This document shows, one piece after another, positions 60,500 through 64,000 of a stretch of 64,000 nt of DNA; the first letter of the stretch is position 1; each line of letters starts with the position of its first letter. The translations under genes were made by a program, and so were the position numbers. The notes under the pieces are model-generated. The model saw only the letters and a program-made list of their open reading frames with translations, ran no database searches and was not told where the DNA came from. Source of the stretch: Marsupella aquatica (Eukaryota; Plantae; Marchantiophyta); NCBI GenBank assembly GCA_973895155.1, contig OZ316894.1:16112699-16176698 (forward strand), in the 5' to 3' direction.

Positions 60500-62159
60500 T
60501 ATCATAAGACATGTATTTTTGGTACTTATGTATATTTACGCCTACTTTAACTGATAGTGAGTATTTTTAGATTGACTGCTTAGGTTATCGCTTTACTGTA
60601 CTGCAAACTATGAAGGAGGATAACTATGCTTGAGCCAGAAAATAATTTATGGAATTTCAACTCCCTCGTGAAAGGTAGAGTAAAATTCTCACGGGCATAT
60701 TTAAGAAATATTCCAACTTTCTTGATAAGTGGAGGTAGAGAAAACAATGAATGGATGGAAAGCTAGAGGATCAAGACAACAAATTCTCTTATCAGTGAAC
60801 ACCTCGCACTGTAATTTGGAAAGACATAAAAATAACGTTTCCCATTGGACCTCCTCTAACTTGATTGTTGTCCCTAGAGTATTTTAACAAAAGACTTCTA
60901 AGTAGCATGGGCAACTGACAGCTACCCAATCATCCTTGGCCAGAGGTTTGGATTGAGGCCATGGTTGTTAATGTCTACTGTTATGTGCTACTATTTTGTT
61001 GCAACCTGCAACCTATCCAAAGGGCCCCATGGAATCTTCAAAGTTCAAACCTTTTGGCCCTTCCCTTGTGGGAGGTCATGCCATCATTGGCAGTCTATCT
61101 TACAGGCTTTTTGGAGGTCCCGTTATTTACTGGCTGTAACATGCTTTGACACCTACTATTTACCAAGGATCCCTGTCCTCCTTACATTGACCATTGCCAC
61201 CTATTCCTAAACACAACATAGAATATTGGCTCTCTTGTTTGAGCCAAAACAATGCCTTTATCAGTCTAGCCAAAAATCGCCATTAATTGCCTTGCCAATT
61301 ATCAACAAAGAATTTCTCCTGTACAATCTTAGTACTCAGCTACTGTGTTGTGCGAGCCTTAAAAGTACTGCAAGTTGCCCGAATTCAATCTAGTCCGTCG
61401 AGAGAAACTACTTGACCTTTCCTTCCCCTCTCTCTCAGTGTATAACCTGTGAGAATGATGCTGACACACGCGGTATCAGCCAAATTTGATAAAGTTCATT
61501 AATAGTACTGCCTGAACTGTCTCAACAAGGACATAGAACGTCTAATCCTGGATGATCAGAAAAGAAGGATTTGAAGTAATTGGTGTCAACATATCACCAT
61601 CCACCTGTTGTTGGTGAAGTAACCTGAGCATAAAACTAATCTACTGAAGGTAAATTGGAAATGGAAAATGCTTTTACAGGATTTATTCCTTGGGCGGCAT
61701 TGATCATCAATATTCGACAGGTCAACAAGCAGACCTCTAAAATTTCTGGGAGATTTCACCAAGACCATATTAATTGGGAACTCAACACCAGCGAGAACAT
61801 TGCTTGCAGTACTGCGCTCCTAATGACCAGCTTCAACAAAATTGGAATAACCTGGAACCTTCAAAGGATCACCAAGGCCATCTTACTAGGACCTCAATAC
61901 CAGTGACAACATTGCTTGCAGAACTGTGCCACTACTAATCATCTTCCATACAACACGAATGACCTGGAACCTTCAAGAGGTAGACTCGGGTTACGTAAAA
62001 TAGTTCGTACACTTGGAACTCGTTATAAAATCATTATATTACACTCTGCTTCGTACAGGACATAGTACAAACAGTCATCAGACTGCAACGAACAATAACC
62101 TGCATTAATTTGAAAGTTCTGAAGGCCGCAAGCATCCAAACACACCAGGAACCTAATGT

Positions 62160-63931
62160 CTAGTTTCTTATATTTGCTTTCTGACTTTTGAGGGTTTGGG
62201 AAATATGTGCAATTAACTGGTCTTTTGATTGTGCTCCTTCCTGATGTCAAACGTGTCAAAGTCAGTCCATGTCTCAGATATATGTGACACCATTTCTAGC
62301 TAAGTATGAAATTCTACACAGACAAGAGCAGACGGCCCTGATCTGAAGAGCGCATCATGAGATAATTTGCACAAAATTACAGGCCACACAACAACCTTCC
62401 TCAAACCACCAAACATCAATAATGGTCCACAGGATAATATCATATAGTGCTGCTCAAGATCCTATTCGTCGTGCGCACTCCCTTCCTGACCAACATCATA
62501 GAGAAATTCGGATTTGATAGAGAATCGAACACAAAGTCACATTTCTCTGACACGTTGGCAACATCTTATGACATGTATCGAAGAGGATAGGGAGCAAGGA
62601 ATCATACCAGGTAATTGATGGGTTTCCCATTAACAAAAAGTACAAGTGTGGGTAGCGCATGTATCCGATAGCGGCTTGCCACTTGATGGTACTTCTCCGT
62701 GTCTACCTTAACCTACAGTAAGTCACACCCCGTTCGGTGCAAATCGTTAGAATGAAGCCTCTCGTCTGGAATAGCATCAAAGATCCTCAGATTGGATACT
62801 AAAGTTGGCACCTCGAAACCTATTAGACTGCAAAATCCATGTGTACCTACCAAGACTCAGCTGTTGTGAACGCTGTGCAGGTTCTTAAGATGTATTCAAC
62901 CACTGAAGGAGTTCATGACTACAGCCTCTCAAAAACGAATCACACCTAAGGCCTCAATAATAACCGGTCACTACAACACGGGTTTGAATAGACAAATGAG
63001 ACTTACGACAATGATCTGGTCTTTTAAATCAGCACCAACTTCGTTGAGAATAGAAGTCATTAATTGACATGGGCCACACCTGAATTGAGAATCCAATAGA
63101 GTCATAAATAAAGTTTATATTACAATTTGCAACTGTCAACAGTCTTCAACAGACACGGATGTCTGCGGTGTACACCCAATAATCTCCCAGGTCGCAAGAA
63201 CAAGACACATAAGACCTGGCCCGCTCAAAGACATGCAAACAGAAACCCTACACGTTTTACTTCGAAGTATCAATTAAACCATGGCAAAGTTTCATCTGAA
63301 GGCGAAATTGGGACTTGAGAAAGGTGCCACATAAAAATTAAGCGGTCTTAAAGCCTTGCATGAATCACAGCTCATGCTCGACATCTAGACTATTCGGGAC
63401 ACGCATGAATATACAGCCTAAAAGACGATGTAACATTTCAATGATGAGCAGATCATGACAAAAGTCAGATTCGTGTTCAGGCTAATAAATCCAGATAATT
63501 AAATATCGAGAGGAGCCAAACATCCCCGGCGGTTAATTTAGGGCTTACCAAGTTGCATAGAAGTCGACTAGGACAGGAACATCAGAATTACTGATCATGT
63601 CATCAAAAGATTTGAACGTCTTCTTCGATGCATGTATCTGCATCGCATCACAAAACCCATTACTTCAAAACCCAATCCAGTAAAGAACCTTCCCAGTCTG
63701 CCACAATCGCAGACACACAGAAAGAAAGACAAGGTTCCAAACCTTCGAAGTCGGCGCGCTCCGTTGTCTCACAGCACTATGCAGGCCACCGAAGGTAGCA
63801 GAAGGAAGGACGCCACTCTTCGTCGGAAGACTTGTAGTACTCAAGTATGGAGATGAACAAGCAGCCAACGAAAAGAACGGTGCAGCGGTCGTGGAGCGGG
63901 TCAATTGTAGTCTGAGAGCTAGGCCCTCCAT
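62160..63931 (-). CDS. TRXy: Plastid thioredoxin y (5 exons)
   Basis: Transit-peptide exon 63931-63743, then KKTFKSFDDMISNSDVPVLVDFYATW / CGPCQLMTSILNEVGADLKDQIIV / VKVDTEKYHQVASRYRIHALPTLVLFVNGKPINYL / EGAQSKDQLIAHI...* (last exon 62240-62160). WCGPC active site. Confidence 0.93.
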
Positions 63932-64000
63932 TGAAATTGATCTCAGTCTCCAAGCGTACAACAGCGAGTTGGAGAAGCGGATTTGTCACAAAGGTCACCG

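Overview
Eukaryotic, intron-rich land-plant nuclear DNA. A non-seed plant, probably a bryophyte, is inferred from the CAH3-like carbonic anhydrase, the CRE-clade retroelements and the F-box style; this is not proven. Eight host genes can be built by hand from splice sites: a thylakoid-lumen-type alpha carbonic anhydrase, SmE, a DNAJC14/Jiv90-type J protein, prefoldin 1, an F-box gene, ALF4/glomulin, a small NOL7/Bud21-like gene and thioredoxin y. Mobile DNA is abundant and nested: two copies of one Ty1/copia family (one full-length but missing its PBS), three solo LTRs with TSDs, a non-autonomous Helitron family, MITE-like elements, and a 5'-truncated CRE-clade RT/RLE non-LTR retrotransposon with an uninterrupted ORF plus relics. 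I found no clear novel multi-gene system. The best leads are the CAH3-like lumen CA, the CRE element and its relics, the PBS-less copia, and the Helitron whose AAGATG repeats received two solo LTRs.
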